Source: Felis catus (Eukaryota). Taken from it: 64,000 bases of DNA. Made by a program: the position numbers and the translations under genes. Location: the NCBI RefSeq assembly GCF_018350175.1, contig NC_058368.1, forward strand, positions 23,066,001-23,130,000, given 5' to 3'. The stretch's first letter is position 1, and every line of letters starts with the position of its first letter. The notes under the pieces were generated by a model. The model was not told where the DNA came from and did no database searches. It saw only the letters and a list, made by a program, of their open reading frames with translations. Below, piece after piece: positions 1-11,589 of the stretch.

Positions 1-331
1 AGAAACCTACTTGGATTTTTACTTTCAATCTGGTATAATCCACTTTCTTCTGTTATGCTTTGAATCATTGCATAACAGAGAGGACTTAAACCCAAGAGAA
101 AAATTGTTTGTACTTTGAGGCAGACAGCATCTAAAGAGGCGGTTTCTGTGTTATCTTTCATCTCCTTCTCCTTCGGCTTATTTTAAGCAAAGAGAGACAA
201 AGGTTTGATTTATTAAAACTCGGAAGAACCTAGACCCAAATATTTATGTAAAAACCTCTTTTTTATTTTCGTAATTTCCCTTAAAGGATGTTTCAGACAG
301 ATAAAATAAGAGCTGATTCAGGATATAAAAA

Positions 332-552
332 AATTTTTTTTTAAGTTTACTTACTTTTGAGAGAGAGAGGGAGAGAGAGACAGAGCATGCATGGGGGAGG
401 GGCAGAGAGAGAGGGAGACACAGAATCTGAAACAGGCTCCAGGCTCCGAGCTGTCAGCACAGAGCCCGATGTGGGGCTTGAACTCACAGACTGCAAGATC
501 ATGACCTGAGCCAAAATCGGACACATAACCGACTCAGTCACCCAGGCGCCCC
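332..552 (-). mobile_element. Carnivore tRNA-derived SINE (SINEC_Fc-like)
   Basis: Reverse-complement Can-SINE body ending caggcgcccc, (GA)n tract, T tail; TSD caggatata at 319-327 and 553-561. Confidence 0.95.
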
Positions 553-1103
553 CAGGATATACAAATTTGAAGGCCAGGGGAAATTCAGCCATGTGAGGTA
601 TACTCAACGCAGAAGTTTCTCCTTAGGATATGTTTGGGGCTGATTGATCACACTGCATAAAAGGCCTATAAAATCCACTGTGAGAAAATACCTGACCTAA
701 GCCAGAAATAGCACGTTTAACTACCATTTGTGTTAAGAGACCACACAGAGAGAAAAAATATAATAAAAGGAAATCTGATAAGATGCTAAAAGACGTACCA
801 AGGAAGTGGTCTGCCTTTGGTTTCCTCAGTGAAAACTGCTAAGAAATAAAAAGAGAGGATCTCTTCTCCTTTCTAAGTACTCACTCAGGGCCAGTTTTTT
901 AGGCATAGAAGAACTGAAGGAACAGACGCAGTAAGACATTCCCTGAAAGAACAAAACAGTGTAGAAGGGCAAATAAACCTCCAATCAATAGAAAAGAAAC
1001 AAAAATTTCTAGTCATTCTAGAAATGCCCATACACTTAGGAACTTTCCTAAGGTAGTATAGTCTCAGTTAAAGCTCCTTAAGTCACCAAAAGGAGGGCCG
1101 ATA

Positions 1104-1210
1104 GGGGCACCTGACTGGCTCACTCAGTAGGGCATGGGACTCTTGATCCCAGGGTCTTGTGCTCAAGCCCCATGATGGGCATGGAGCCTAGTTAAAAAAA
1201 AAAAAAAAAG
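1104..1210 (+). mobile_element. Short, older Can-SINE (tRNA-like head plus A tail)
   Basis: ggggcacctgactggctcactcagtag...A tail; flanked by repeated aaaaggaggg. Confidence 0.85.
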
Positions 1211-2102
1211 ATAAAAGGAGGGGTGCTACCTCAATGTGGCTATGCACTGCTCAGATGGGGACCATTTGGTCGTGACTCTTAATGCCTCATCTTTCAGTGT
1301 TACGGGTCAAACTACCCATGGAGCATGCTTCTCCAGATACACCATACCCAGTTTTGCCTTTCTTTGCATTAGTGAACTTCTAAGCTTTGAAACTCATTTC
1401 TTTCTGTAAGTGAATTTATTACATTCTGCAAAGAGAAAGACGATACTTTGGAGGCATAATAAAACTTTGTGTTATAGACATCACCAACCAATAACATGGC
1501 CATCATTCTGAGACACCAGAGTTAATTTTATGAAGGGTTAGAGTGCATGTAACAGAAACAAACATATGTGTACTGCAGATAAGGAGCCTTAATGCCATGT
1601 AATCAGAGCAATTCAATTCAGTTTTTTTGAAAAACGCTTGCCACGGTTCCTATATACTTTATAAAAGTCACATCCAAAATAATGGGGGTGAGAAAGGCCC
1701 CTAGTCAATAGCAAATAGGTGGATGATTGTAGAAAACCATGCAAAGATGTGGAAATAAAGGAAGAGAGAATTGAGCAAAGAGGGTGTAAGAAATGAGAAG
1801 TGGAAGAAAGGATACATGTCATTAAGAACAAGTAGTTCTGTGAGGCAAGAATTTGAACTACTAAATCCTGTTGTCTGATGGAATGCACCCAAAAAGAAGG
1901 CAAACAGCTAAGTTGGTCGAAGATAGATTTCCAAGAAGTTTTTCTTACAGAGTTCCCAAGAAAAGTCAATATTTCAGTAGCACTGGGATCCACGACCCAT
2001 GATTATTTCCAAACTGAGGAGAGACTGAAGACTAATCCACTTGGAGTCATGACGTAATGAAGAAGACAACACGGTGGAGAATCATCACTGAAGTGCAGTT
2101 AA

Positions 2103-2308
2103 GGGGCGCCTGGGTGGCGCAGTCGGTTAAGCGTCCGACTTCAGCCAGGTCACGATCTCGCGGTCCGTGAGTTCGAGCCCCGCGTCGGGCTCTGGGCTGA
2201 TGGCTCAGAGCCTGGAGCCTGTTTCCGATTCTGTGTCTCCCTCTCTCTCTGCTCCTCCCCCGTTCATGCTCTGTCTCTCTCTGTCCCAAAAATAAATAAA
2301 AACGTTGA
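2103..2308 (+). mobile_element. Young SINEC_Fc without poly(A) tail
   Basis: Near-consensus with CpGs intact; 15-nt TSD tgaagtgcagttaag at 2089-2103 and 2306-2320. Confidence 0.97.
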
Positions 2309-3188
2309 AGTGCAGTTAAGCCTGTGCCTAATGGCACAGAGTACACCAGGTTATGTTCCTGAGGTGATGCCACGCTCCCTGGGGGAACTTTTCCCCATAA
2401 GCCGAACAGAAAAATGTTACTTACAGTAGGCTCCCTCTGGGAGGAACCTGAGGAAAGTCACACAAAAAAAGGAGAGGAAACCAAGAGAGCGTTTTTAGTC
2501 TCACACATCCTGTGCCTTTTTCAGCTGCTATTTTGAAAGATAAACATTACATTTGTGGTTGCATTTTTTCCTAGGTTAAGGAAAAACAAAACAAAACAAC
2601 ATGGTCCTGAAAAGAAGAGACAGGAGAGGAGCTAATGACCTTGGGAATGCAGGCTGCTTTCCTGGTTTTAAAAACAAAGCAAGACCAAGAAAGGAACCTT
2701 GAAAAAAAAAAAAAAAGGTGGTGGAGAAACAGAGAAAGCCTTGCATCTATCTCCAGTGCCGGTGGGCCCCCCCCCCCAAGCTGGTTCTAAAGTAACCCAA
2801 ATACAAAGACATACTGTCAAACGGGAATCTCTGTCAGCAGAGAAAGGATATGCCTTACCTGTATAGCTGCATTCCACTTGTACATTTCATTCAGTTGGCA
2901 TTTTATAGGCAGGGTGTTTTGTTCAACTTGGTTTTGTTGAAGCTAGAGTGTTTCCATATTCGCCTTAACTAGATAATTAAAGCTGATTCTGTTGAGGAAC
3001 CTAGCAGAATAGTCTCCTGGGTCTGAAGGCAACTTACTTTACCAGGGGGTCATCTCCATACAGCCTTCTGGTTTCATATTGGATACCAAGGTTGGCTCTT
3101 ACTACATTATCCTGGAAACCTGCTGTCATTGCATAGGACACCACTAAAATTATTTTCTGATATCTGAAAATATATTATCGATTGGCAT

Positions 3189-3559
3189 TGTATTCATTTC
3201 CTATGGCTGCCCTGACAAATTATCACAAACTTGATGGCTTTAAACAACAGAAATTTATTCTGTCAGAAATCTGGAGGCCAGAAGTCCTAAACCAATATCA
3301 CTAGACTAAAATCAGGTGTTGGCAGTGACTTGCTACCTCCAGAGGCTTTGGGGAGAATCCATCCATTGCTTCTTCCAGCTTCTGGTAGCTGCTGACATTC
3401 CCTCGGCTTGTGGCCTCGTCATTCAAATCTTCAAGGCCAGCATCTTCAAATCTTCCTCTGTTCCTTCTTCCCCCTCCTCTTCCTCCTCCCCCTTTTCTTC
3501 TTCTTCTTCTTCTTCTTCTTCTTCTTCTTCTTCTTCTTCTCCTCCTCTCAGTCCTCCCC

Positions 3560-3605
<46 letters not shown>

Positions 3606-3780
3606 CACTCTCTGCCTGTCTCTTATAAGGACACTTGTGATGACATTTAGGGCCCACCAGACAATCTCCCTGTCTCAAGATCCTTAATCTAATCACATCT
3701 GCAAAGACTTTTTTCAAAATAAGTTAATATTTATAGGCTCTAGGACCTGATATCTTTGGGGTCTTTTCTCAGCTACAGAC
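3189..3780 (-). mobile_element. MaLR solo LTR (MLT1C/D-like)
   Basis: Typical MLT1 antisense text (ggctttaaacaacagaaatttattctgtcagaaatctggaggccagaagtcc; tcttataaggacacttgtgat...agggcccacc). Confidence 0.85.
3461..3600. repeat. Compound microsatellite: (TCC/TTC)n followed by (TG)n
   Basis: Read directly: (ttc)n about 3496-3540, (tg)n about 3562-3600. Confidence 0.97.
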
Positions 3781-4389
3781 ATGTGCTCCATTCTCTCTCA
3801 TGTACATAGTAATACACAATACCCAAACTCTTCTAAGAATCCTTATGGGACTACTTAGAGAACAATTTAAAAGTCTGCAGTTGTTTAGAGAGAATTCCAT
3901 ATAAAATTGTGGTGCCCTCAAAATACTATTGAATAGAAAACTGGATGATAAAATAACCTTCATGGCATTACTGATTGGCAAAAGTTTGAAGTTGTATCCT
4001 TACATCCAACTAAATACCTTCATTATCAGAAAATATAGTATTAACCATAATGATGTTGATGATACTCCATATTGAAATACAAACTGGTTTGTAAAAGTTA
4101 AGTTTATTTAAACATGCAAATTTCAGGGACTCATAGGCTCTCAAAGTTCCAGGAAATTAGAATAGGCATAAAAAATATAATCAATAGATATTTTTGTGAT
4201 TTTCTAAGCTAAAAGTTGTTATTGGCATCATTATCAAAATGAGAGATAAGACAGCTATTTAGAGATGGTCTGAGTTTCAACATGTTTGTCTAGGAACAAA
4301 ACAAAAATAAATTAGGGAAAGAAAATGGGAAGAGAGAGAGAAGCAAAGGCAGAGTTTCTATTATGGTGTTAGGTAAAACAGATTTAAAA

Positions 4390-4860
4390 CAAATAGTACA
4401 AGTGAGAAACAAGATTGCTATGTGATGGTAAAAACTATATTAACACATAAAATAGCAACATTAAATCTGTCTTCAAGAAATAAAGCAAACAAATACCTAA
4501 AACAAAAGCTAATGCAGAAATACAAGAAGAAGTAAACAGGAATATATTCATAATTGAAGACTTTAAAGTCCCACTATCAAAATGGCAGATCAACTAAACA
4601 ACTAATTACATAGCTGAACAATGAAATAGAGTAGAATTAACAGACATGGAAAGAAAAAAAAATAGACTTTCTCCTTGAGATTCAAAGATGCATAATAAAC
4701 AAAAGACCATAATTCTACATGTAATTTCATCTACAATACCAAAAATTATTTTTTTTAAGTCACCAGCCATCTGGAAAGCATAGAACACTCTCTTAAATAC
4801 CTGAGTCAGAGAAGAAATCAGAACTACTGATGAAACAGACTATATTTTACCAAAAAGAAG
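4390..4860 (+). mobile_element. Very old L1 (L1ME-like) ORF2 endonuclease-region fragment
   Basis: A-rich strand with degenerate L1 motifs (ataattgaagactttaaagtcccactatca; aacactctcttaaatacctgagtcagagaagaaatca). Confidence 0.55.
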
Positions 4861-4888
4861 TTGCATATGCTAGAAAGTTCAGTAAACA

Positions 4889-5292
4889 TTGTGGTTGATG
4901 GTCCAACATTCTTTCCACTCCAATGATATATAGCAAGGGATTTGTTTCTGAATTGGGTACATGCACAATTTTTGGCAACGAATGTAAGTCTGTGAAGAAA
5001 ACCTTTCTTGCTCCCATGATATAATCAAGAGAGGAGATGGCCTGCCTGCTTCTGGATTTTCCATACCTGGATATGATGCTTGGAATTACCTAGCCACTTT
5101 GTTGCCAATATTAGCAAATCTAAGAGCTGGATAGAATCTGGATCTTTGATGGCATCGTTGAAATGATACACTGGTCAACTGTAGATCTTGTCCAACTAAG
5201 ACCTCTTAGCAAGTTAATTAAACTATTTCCTTCTTAATTCAGTTTTTATTGAGTTTTCTGTTATTACACTAGCAAAAATCCTGGCTGATACT
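4889..5292 (+). mobile_element. Old MaLR LTR (MLT1I/J/K-like)
   Basis: gatggcatcgttgaa... and 3' end gagttttctgttattacactagcaaaaatcctggctgatac. Confidence 0.6.
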
Positions 5293-5434
5293 AAGTATAA
5301 AAGTAAAGACAAGTGTAAAAAAAAGGTAAAGAAAATGTGTATGTCACAATGCAATTCTTAAAAAAGCAACAGAATAGAGTTACATGTGAAAATATGTAAC
5401 TGTTAGGAATGGCTAACGCTTAAAACAGGATTTA

Positions 5435-5640
5435 CTGTTGGCTGTGCACTGGGCTAAGTATTTCACATACATTAACTCATTTAATCCTCATAATACTTGT
5501 TGAAATGGTTGTCGTTATCAGCCCCATTTAACAGATGACAAGGTATCTGTTGATAATTTGCTGGTGATCGACAGAGCCAGGATTTGACCCCAAGCAGTCT
5601 AATTCCCGAGTGCCCTTATACTTTATGCTATACTGCCTCT
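5435..5640. mobile_element. MIR SINE remnant
   Basis: ctcatttaatcctcataa...ccccattttaacagatga...agagccaggatttgaccccaagcagtct core. Confidence 0.8.
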
Positions 5641-5663
5641 CACCTCTCTGTATTTCTCTCTGA

Positions 5664-5694
<31 letters not shown>

Positions 5695-5725
5695 TGGTTA
5701 TTCCAAATAAAGAATTAGACAAATA

Positions 5726-6240
5726 CAGGAATACCTCGTTTTATTGTGCTTCTCTTTCTTGTACTTCACAGATAATACTTTTTTTTACAAATCGAAGGTT
5801 TGTGACAACCCTGTGTCAGCAAGTCTAGCAGCACCATTTTCCAACATTTGCTCACTTCGTGTCTCTGTGTCACATTTTGGCAATTCTCACGATGTTTCAA
5901 TTGTTTTCATTATTACTATATTTGTCCTGGTGACCTGTGAGCTTATGGTGACTTGCTGAAAGCTCAAATGATCGTTAGCATTGTTTAAAAATAAAATATT
6001 TTTACACTTGATCTTAGCCAAAAGGCCGAGAAGCGATAAAAATAAAATATTTTTAAAGTACGCATTTCTATTTGACATAATGCTATTGCACTGCTACTGA
6101 TAGACTACAGTACAGTGTAAGCAAAACTTTTACATGCACTAGGAAACAAAAAAAAATTCGTTTGACTCACTGTATTGCTTTCACTTTATTGCTGTGGTCT
6201 GGAACCCAACCCTCAGTACCCCCACCCCCAGGTATGCCTG
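5726..6240 (+). mobile_element. Internally deleted Tigger1 derivative (non-autonomous Tc1/mariner-pogo DNA transposon)
   Basis: Left end ta|caggaatacctcgttttattgtgc and right end ggtatgcctg|tg match the Tigger1 TIRs and TA target; both subterminal regions present, no transposase. Confidence 0.9.
6003..6037 (-). pseudogene. 3'-truncated U2 snRNA retropseudogene (U2 nt 1-35)
   Basis: Reverse complement is ATCGCTTCTCGGCCTTTTGGCTAAGATCAAGTGTA, the U2 5' end; TSD aaaaataaaatattttt(a) at 5987-6004 and 6038-6055. Confidence 0.97.
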
Positions 6241-6287
6241 TGCATGTCAACATTCCAAATTGCACTCGATACATGGTTCATGCACAC

Positions 6288-6820
6288 TGTATCAATTATC
6301 TGTTGCTGGGTAACAAACCAGCCCCAAATTTTGTGGTTTGAAACAAAACAATTATTGATGTTGCTCATAAATCTTTAATTTGGGCAGAACTCAGCAGGGG
6401 TGTCATATTCCTGTTTGCCAACAGCATTAGCAAGAGTGACTAGTCTGGTGCTAGTGCGTAAACATGACTCACTCACATGGCTGGCAAGTTGGGGCTGGCT
6501 TTGTAACTGAACCTCAGCCAGGACTATGGGTTGAGGCCCTCTGTTTGGCTCCACATGGGCTGCTTTATAGGCTGCTGGGGCTTCCTCACAGGTAGGTGGC
6601 TGAGTTTTAAGACAAGGTGTATCTTTTGATACACTTCTCTTGAACCCAAACATGCTATAGCCTTGGAGGTCACACAGTGTCATTTCCGCCAGAATTACAA
6701 GGCCACTCAAAACGTAGAGGAGAAGCAGAGCTGTTCCCGCTCAGTGGGAGGAGTGTCAAACAAGAAGTATGGGACCGTTTGGTTGTTCCAGACAGATCAG
6801 GCAAAAACAATCTACCACAA
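6288..6820 (-). mobile_element. MaLR solo LTR (MLT1F/G/H-like)
   Basis: tgtatcaattatctgttgctgggtaacaaaccagccccaaa...actcactcacatggctggcaagttggggctggct. Confidence 0.8.
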
Positions 6821-7231
6821 ACACTATCATACATGTGAGAATACAGATAGGAAGTCATTACGTGGGAAAACGTGGTAACAAATGTCAAAAAAAAAAAAAG
6901 TGTCAATTTAAAAACTTCCAAACTAATTAAAATTTTGAACCCAGTGTTTGGTGGGGCTGGGTTAAGTGTTAGAAAGCTGCTTGATGGTATTCATACTCTT
7001 CCACACAATAAAAAATATTCTTAATACTAACAAGATGTCAGCAAACATGATGATTCCATTCTGCTTAATAACTACATGGGTAGGAAAAATGACATTTTGT
7101 AGACTTGTAAATATAAGTAGACATGCATATGTGTTGGGTAACAAAACAGTAATAGAAATAGTATGCATAAAATATTAGAACTATGCCATATATGTTCATA
7201 TATACTGACAGATTAAAAGTGAATACAGAGT

Positions 7232-7468
7232 GGGGCGCCTGGGTGGCGCAGTCGGTTAAGCGTCCGACTTCAGCCAGGTCACGATCTCGTGGTCCGTGAG
7301 TTCGAGCCCCGCGTCAGGCTCTGGGCTGATGGCTCGGAGCCTGGAGCCTGTTTCCGATTCTGTGTCTCCCTCTCTCTCTGCCCCTCCCCCGTTCATGCTC
7401 TGTCTCTCTCTGTCCCAAAAATAAATAAACGTTGAAAAAAAAAAAATTTATAAAAAAAAAAAAAAAAA
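7232..7468 (+). mobile_element. Young SINEC_Fc
   Basis: Near-consensus, long A tail, 17-nt TSD aaaagtgaatacagagt at 7215-7231 and 7465-7481. Confidence 0.97.
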
Positions 7469-7704
7469 GTGAATACAGAGTAATAGAAATAGAATCTAAT
7501 GGGGTTTGTGGGTTTTTTTTCTATAAAATTGCTTAAATGTATATTATTGATAAGTAATTTTAATTTACTATATAAATCAAATATATCATAAATTCAACAA
7601 TCAAAAATATAGTACATTGCAGAAGGGACTCATAAAAATAGAGCCATCCTACTTTATCACACATAAGCTAATATATATTATTTATCGAAAATGTTGAATA
7701 TTTA

Positions 7705-7790
7705 GGGGTGCCTCGTGGCTCAGTTGGTAGAGCATGCGACTCTTGATCTCTGGGTCAAGCCACATTGGGCCTAGAGATTACTTTTTTTAA
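7705..7790 (+). mobile_element. Short, older Can-SINE
   Basis: ggggtgcctcgtggctcagttggtagagcatgcgactcttgatctc; degenerate flanking repeat aaaatg(t/c)tg(a/t)atattta. Confidence 0.8.
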
Positions 7791-7928
7791 AATGCTGTAT
7801 ATTTAGTTAAGAATAATTTGCTTGCCTTTTAGAATTTAGAAGAATTATTGAGCTAAAATTAGAAGATCATTGGTATGGCTTACAATAACAGTCAATGGAA
7901 GTTAATTCCTCCCTGCCCCCCCTGCCCA

Positions 7929-8342
7929 ATTTTTTAAAGTTTATTTGTTTACTTTGAGGGGCGTGTAAGTGGCTCAGTTGATTAAGTGCCCCACTCTTGA
8001 TTTCAGCTCAGGTCATGATCTCATGGTTCGTGAGTTCCAGCCCTGCATGGGGCTCTGTGCTAATAGTGTGAAGCCTGCTTGGGATTCTCTGTCTGTCTGT
8101 CTGTCTGTCTCTCGAGCTCATTCTCTCTCTAAATAAATAAATAAATGACTAAACGAACAAACTTGTTTATTTATTTATTTATTTATTCATTCATTCATTT
8201 AGAGAGAGAGAGAGAAAGCAGGGGAAGAGCAGAGAGAAAGGAAACAAATCCCAAGCAGGCTCAGGGCTGGATCTCACAAAGTGTGAGGTCATCACCGGAG
8301 CCAGAATCAAGAGTCTTAACCCACTGAACCACCCAGGTGCCC
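7929..8342 (-). mobile_element. Can-SINE (minus) with a second Can-SINE (plus, about 7958-8160) nested in its tail
   Basis: Minus-strand tail is split by a plus-strand gggcgtgtaagtggctcagttg...aataaataaa copy. Confidence 0.85.
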
Positions 8343-8595
8343 TCTACCCCATTTTTTAAAAAAATCATGGTAGAACTAACTCTCTAGGAGCCTGGCTTGA
8401 GATGGAGGGTGTGAAGAAAGTCCTCCCTGCCCCCCTGCCCCAGTTCCTCAAAATTATGAAAATTATAAAGATGAAGAGGCATTCATTCTATTGCTTGAAA
8501 ATAACAAAGTATCAGGAGATTGAGTTTTTTAAAAATTCCAGAAATTTTGAAAGCTTTTATCATCGGATTAGAGCAAACCTTAGTTTTTAACATGC

Positions 8596-8809
8596 TTTTT
8601 TTTTTAAGTTTATTTATTTATTTTGAGAGAGACAGAGACAGCATGAGTAGGAGAGGGGTAGAGAGAGAGTGAGTCAGAAAATCCCAAGCAGGTTCCGCGC
8701 TGCCAGCACAGAACCCAAAGTGGGGCTCAAACCCACGAAAAAGCAAGATCAAGACCTGAGCCGAAACCGAGAGTCACATGCCTAACCAAGTAAGCCACCC
8801 AGGCGCCCC
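8596..8809 (-). mobile_element. Can-SINE
   Basis: Full antisense body; TSD aacct(t/c)agtttttaa. Confidence 0.93.
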
Positions 8810-10519
8810 TGAACCTCAGTTTTAAAGGGAGTGCAGATTGTAACCAATGTGCCTGGCTAGCAAGAAAGGCTGGGGTGAGGTAGGAGGGGGTCTGTGGGGA
8901 CGCTGCATTTCCTGCTCCGTTTGCTGTGAGCCTTTTTAAAAGTGCTCTAAAAAATAAAGTCTATAGATAAAAATATATATAACAACAACAACAAAAGAAC
9001 TAGTACATCAGAGCCTTTAGAGGTAGGAATGTTTTTAATTCAGAAAGATTGGATAAAGGAGCAGGAAAATTCTTTGGACAACTCCTTTCTAAGCAGAAAG
9101 CAGTAAGAGCATTTCTCTCCAGCGTACTTGGTGTGGAAAGGCAAGGGCATTATTCAGGGCGTCCATTTTCAGCTGGGGTACGTGATACCACTCTCAGTGA
9201 GAGTGGGGAAAGAGGAATTTAGATATTGCAATAATTTGTGGCCATCTCTGTGATATTTCATTGGGCTTAAGTGGTTTTAGTGGGAAAAGTGCCTATAAAG
9301 TTTCCTCTGGAGGACAATAATGAAACAAAGGTTGAGAAACAGTGCTCCACAGAGAAGTGAAGTGCAGAAGGAAAGGGAGAGAAACGAACGAGGAGCTCCT
9401 CTCAGCCCTCTACCCTGGCCCATCCACAAGGACCAGAGACAAGCTCACAGAGAACCAGACAGGGATGCTGATTTACAAAAACAAACAGCACCCCAGGAAT
9501 CATCAGGCTTTTAAAGAAAGGCACTGCCTGCCCATAAAAGGCAGGCACCAAACCCAATAAGTAAAAGCATGAATGCCCAAGGAAATAGTTACCAGAGCAA
9601 ATATGATTTTAAATTAGCTATAATCAGTAACCTCAGAGTTATGAGACGATACTACAACCATAACAGCAGGAAGTTTTTAAAGAATTTAATTAATTTACCT
9701 ATTGTAATTAAATTAAATTACTTACATCTTTTTGTTGATCTTGAAAACAAAAAAAAATGTAATGAAAGCCCTAGTAGATAAACCAAATAGCAAAATAAAT
9801 AAAATGCATTTCAATTGTATTAATAATTTTTTTTGAAAAATACATGTATACCTACATAAAGATGTGGTAAGGTAGTTTCCTAAAATAAGCCCTAATGATC
9901 CCTGCTAGTAATATAATCTTGGAAAGTTTTAGTTCACTTTTCTTTAAGAGGGAAACTTCATAGGACAACTGTAGAAAATACTTCCTACATAGAGCTGTTG
10001 GGGAGAATTATTATCACAAAATGCACTCAGCTCCACTGTTTACAAAGCAAGACATTTTTTTCTTTACATTATGGTGCCATTGTCTTACTGTGTGACTAAG
10101 ATTTTTTTTTTTTTGCCGTTTACACAGAGGGATCTTAGCATCAATAAATAGGCTTGAAATGATTCAGTAACTCTCTAACTTCACTGCGTAATCATAGTGA
10201 GTAGAGCACTGAGTCATTTGGAGAAGAAATAACATGTTTTAAGTCAGGTGAATAAGAACCCTTTTAATAACAGTAGCCCTCAAATTGCATATTTACTGCA
10301 TTCTACAATTAGCAGTTAATTGCAACAAGAAACTAATTATCCATATATTATAGCTTAACGAAGTAGAAAGGGAGAGCTTGCGTGATCTTTGCAAACATGT
10401 CAAACAACAGGAAAACTGGAATGTCGTACAATTCCTAACTTTCTGATATACCTTTGGACTTCTACAATGAACTTGTAGCTCAGACAGACTTAATCGGTCT
10501 CTGATAAAGATAGGAGTTA

Positions 10520-11015
10520 ATATATAGTGAGCACCATTATATTCCAGGCTTGGGCTAAATGCTTTAGGTATATTAGGTAATGCTTCCACAGGTTATCTAC
10601 ACAAGGAAAGTACTACTTTTATTATTCCCATTTTACAAGTGAGAAAACTGAGGCCCAGAGATATTCAAGCAATTTGCCAAGGTCTCACAGCTAATAAGTG
10701 GCAGAGTCCAGTGTGAATTTGGCAATCTGGCTCCAAAACCTGCCCTTTTTTTTTTTTTTTTAAAGTTTTTTTATTTTGGGAGAGAGAGTGAGTGGGAGGG
10801 GCAGAGAGGAAAGGAGAGAGAGGAAGAGAGAGAGAGAGAGCGAGAGCGAAAGCGAGAGAGAGAGAGAGAGAGAGAGAACCCAAGAAGGCTCCTTGCTCAG
10901 CACAGAGCCCGATTTAGGGCTCAAACCCACAGACCATGAGATCGTGACTGAGCCAAAACTTAACTGACTGAGCCACCCACATGTCCCTCTAGAGGCTGTG
11001 CTCTTAACTTCGTGC
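10520..11015. mobile_element. MIR interrupted by a minus-strand Can-SINE (10746-10987)
   Basis: cccattttacaagtgagaaaactgaggcccagaga MIR core; SINE with long (GA)n tract. Confidence 0.85.
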
Positions 11016-11589
11016 AAAGTGGGGACACTTTGGGGCTATGGCCTAGAGAGGCTGGGGGAGTAGTTGTTTTGGAGTGGGAGTGGAGAAATGAGTTGTGCTA
11101 TTTGGCAGTCCCAATGTGTCAGGAAGAGTTGTTGCTGCCTGATGGAAACTGTTGATTCTGCTTCTAACCGGTTACAACAGGTTACTTACATCTTACTATG
11201 CTTGTATCTTACTCTGTTACTTTTTCTCTTGACTTCTTTTCTTCCTTTGTTTCTGTGGATTGATATGGAGCCTAAGGAGGGGTGGCCACCAAAACCAAGC
11301 CGGAAGTCTTCATGTGCTGAACGGTATGTATGCACGGAAGAGGAGTTTAGACACAGCAGAGAGAGGCTCGCATATGGTGCTCTTTCACATTTCAAAGCGA
11401 AATATGGGAAGCCTAGTTTCATTCTTTTGCCATATCGGTGTTTTTCAAATTACATCTGTTATTGGTCTTTTTTTTGGTTAAGATTTTCACAGAAAATCTA
11501 TCTGTGCTAGACTAGCTAGTGACAATTTTTTAAAACTTACAATACTAGTATATACTCACGGCAACAAAATAAGAGTACAGATTTGTGTA

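Noticed and set aside
49..79. 10-bp hairpin tctgttatgc/gcataacaga
   Set aside because: Too short for a pre-miRNA and expected occasionally by chance in 64 kb
1104..1190. tRNA gene calls for short SINE heads with A/B-box-like sequence
   Set aside because: They are tRNA-derived SINEs with A tails and TSDs, not intact cloverleaf genes
3301..3717. ORFs with poly-R/S/F/L/E and HT/CV runs
   Set aside because: They are microsatellite translations inside an MLT1 LTR
11064..11510. 148-aa plus-strand ORF with a hydrophobic stretch
   Set aside because: Non-ATG start, the hydrophobic run comes from T-rich low complexity, and no family is recognisable
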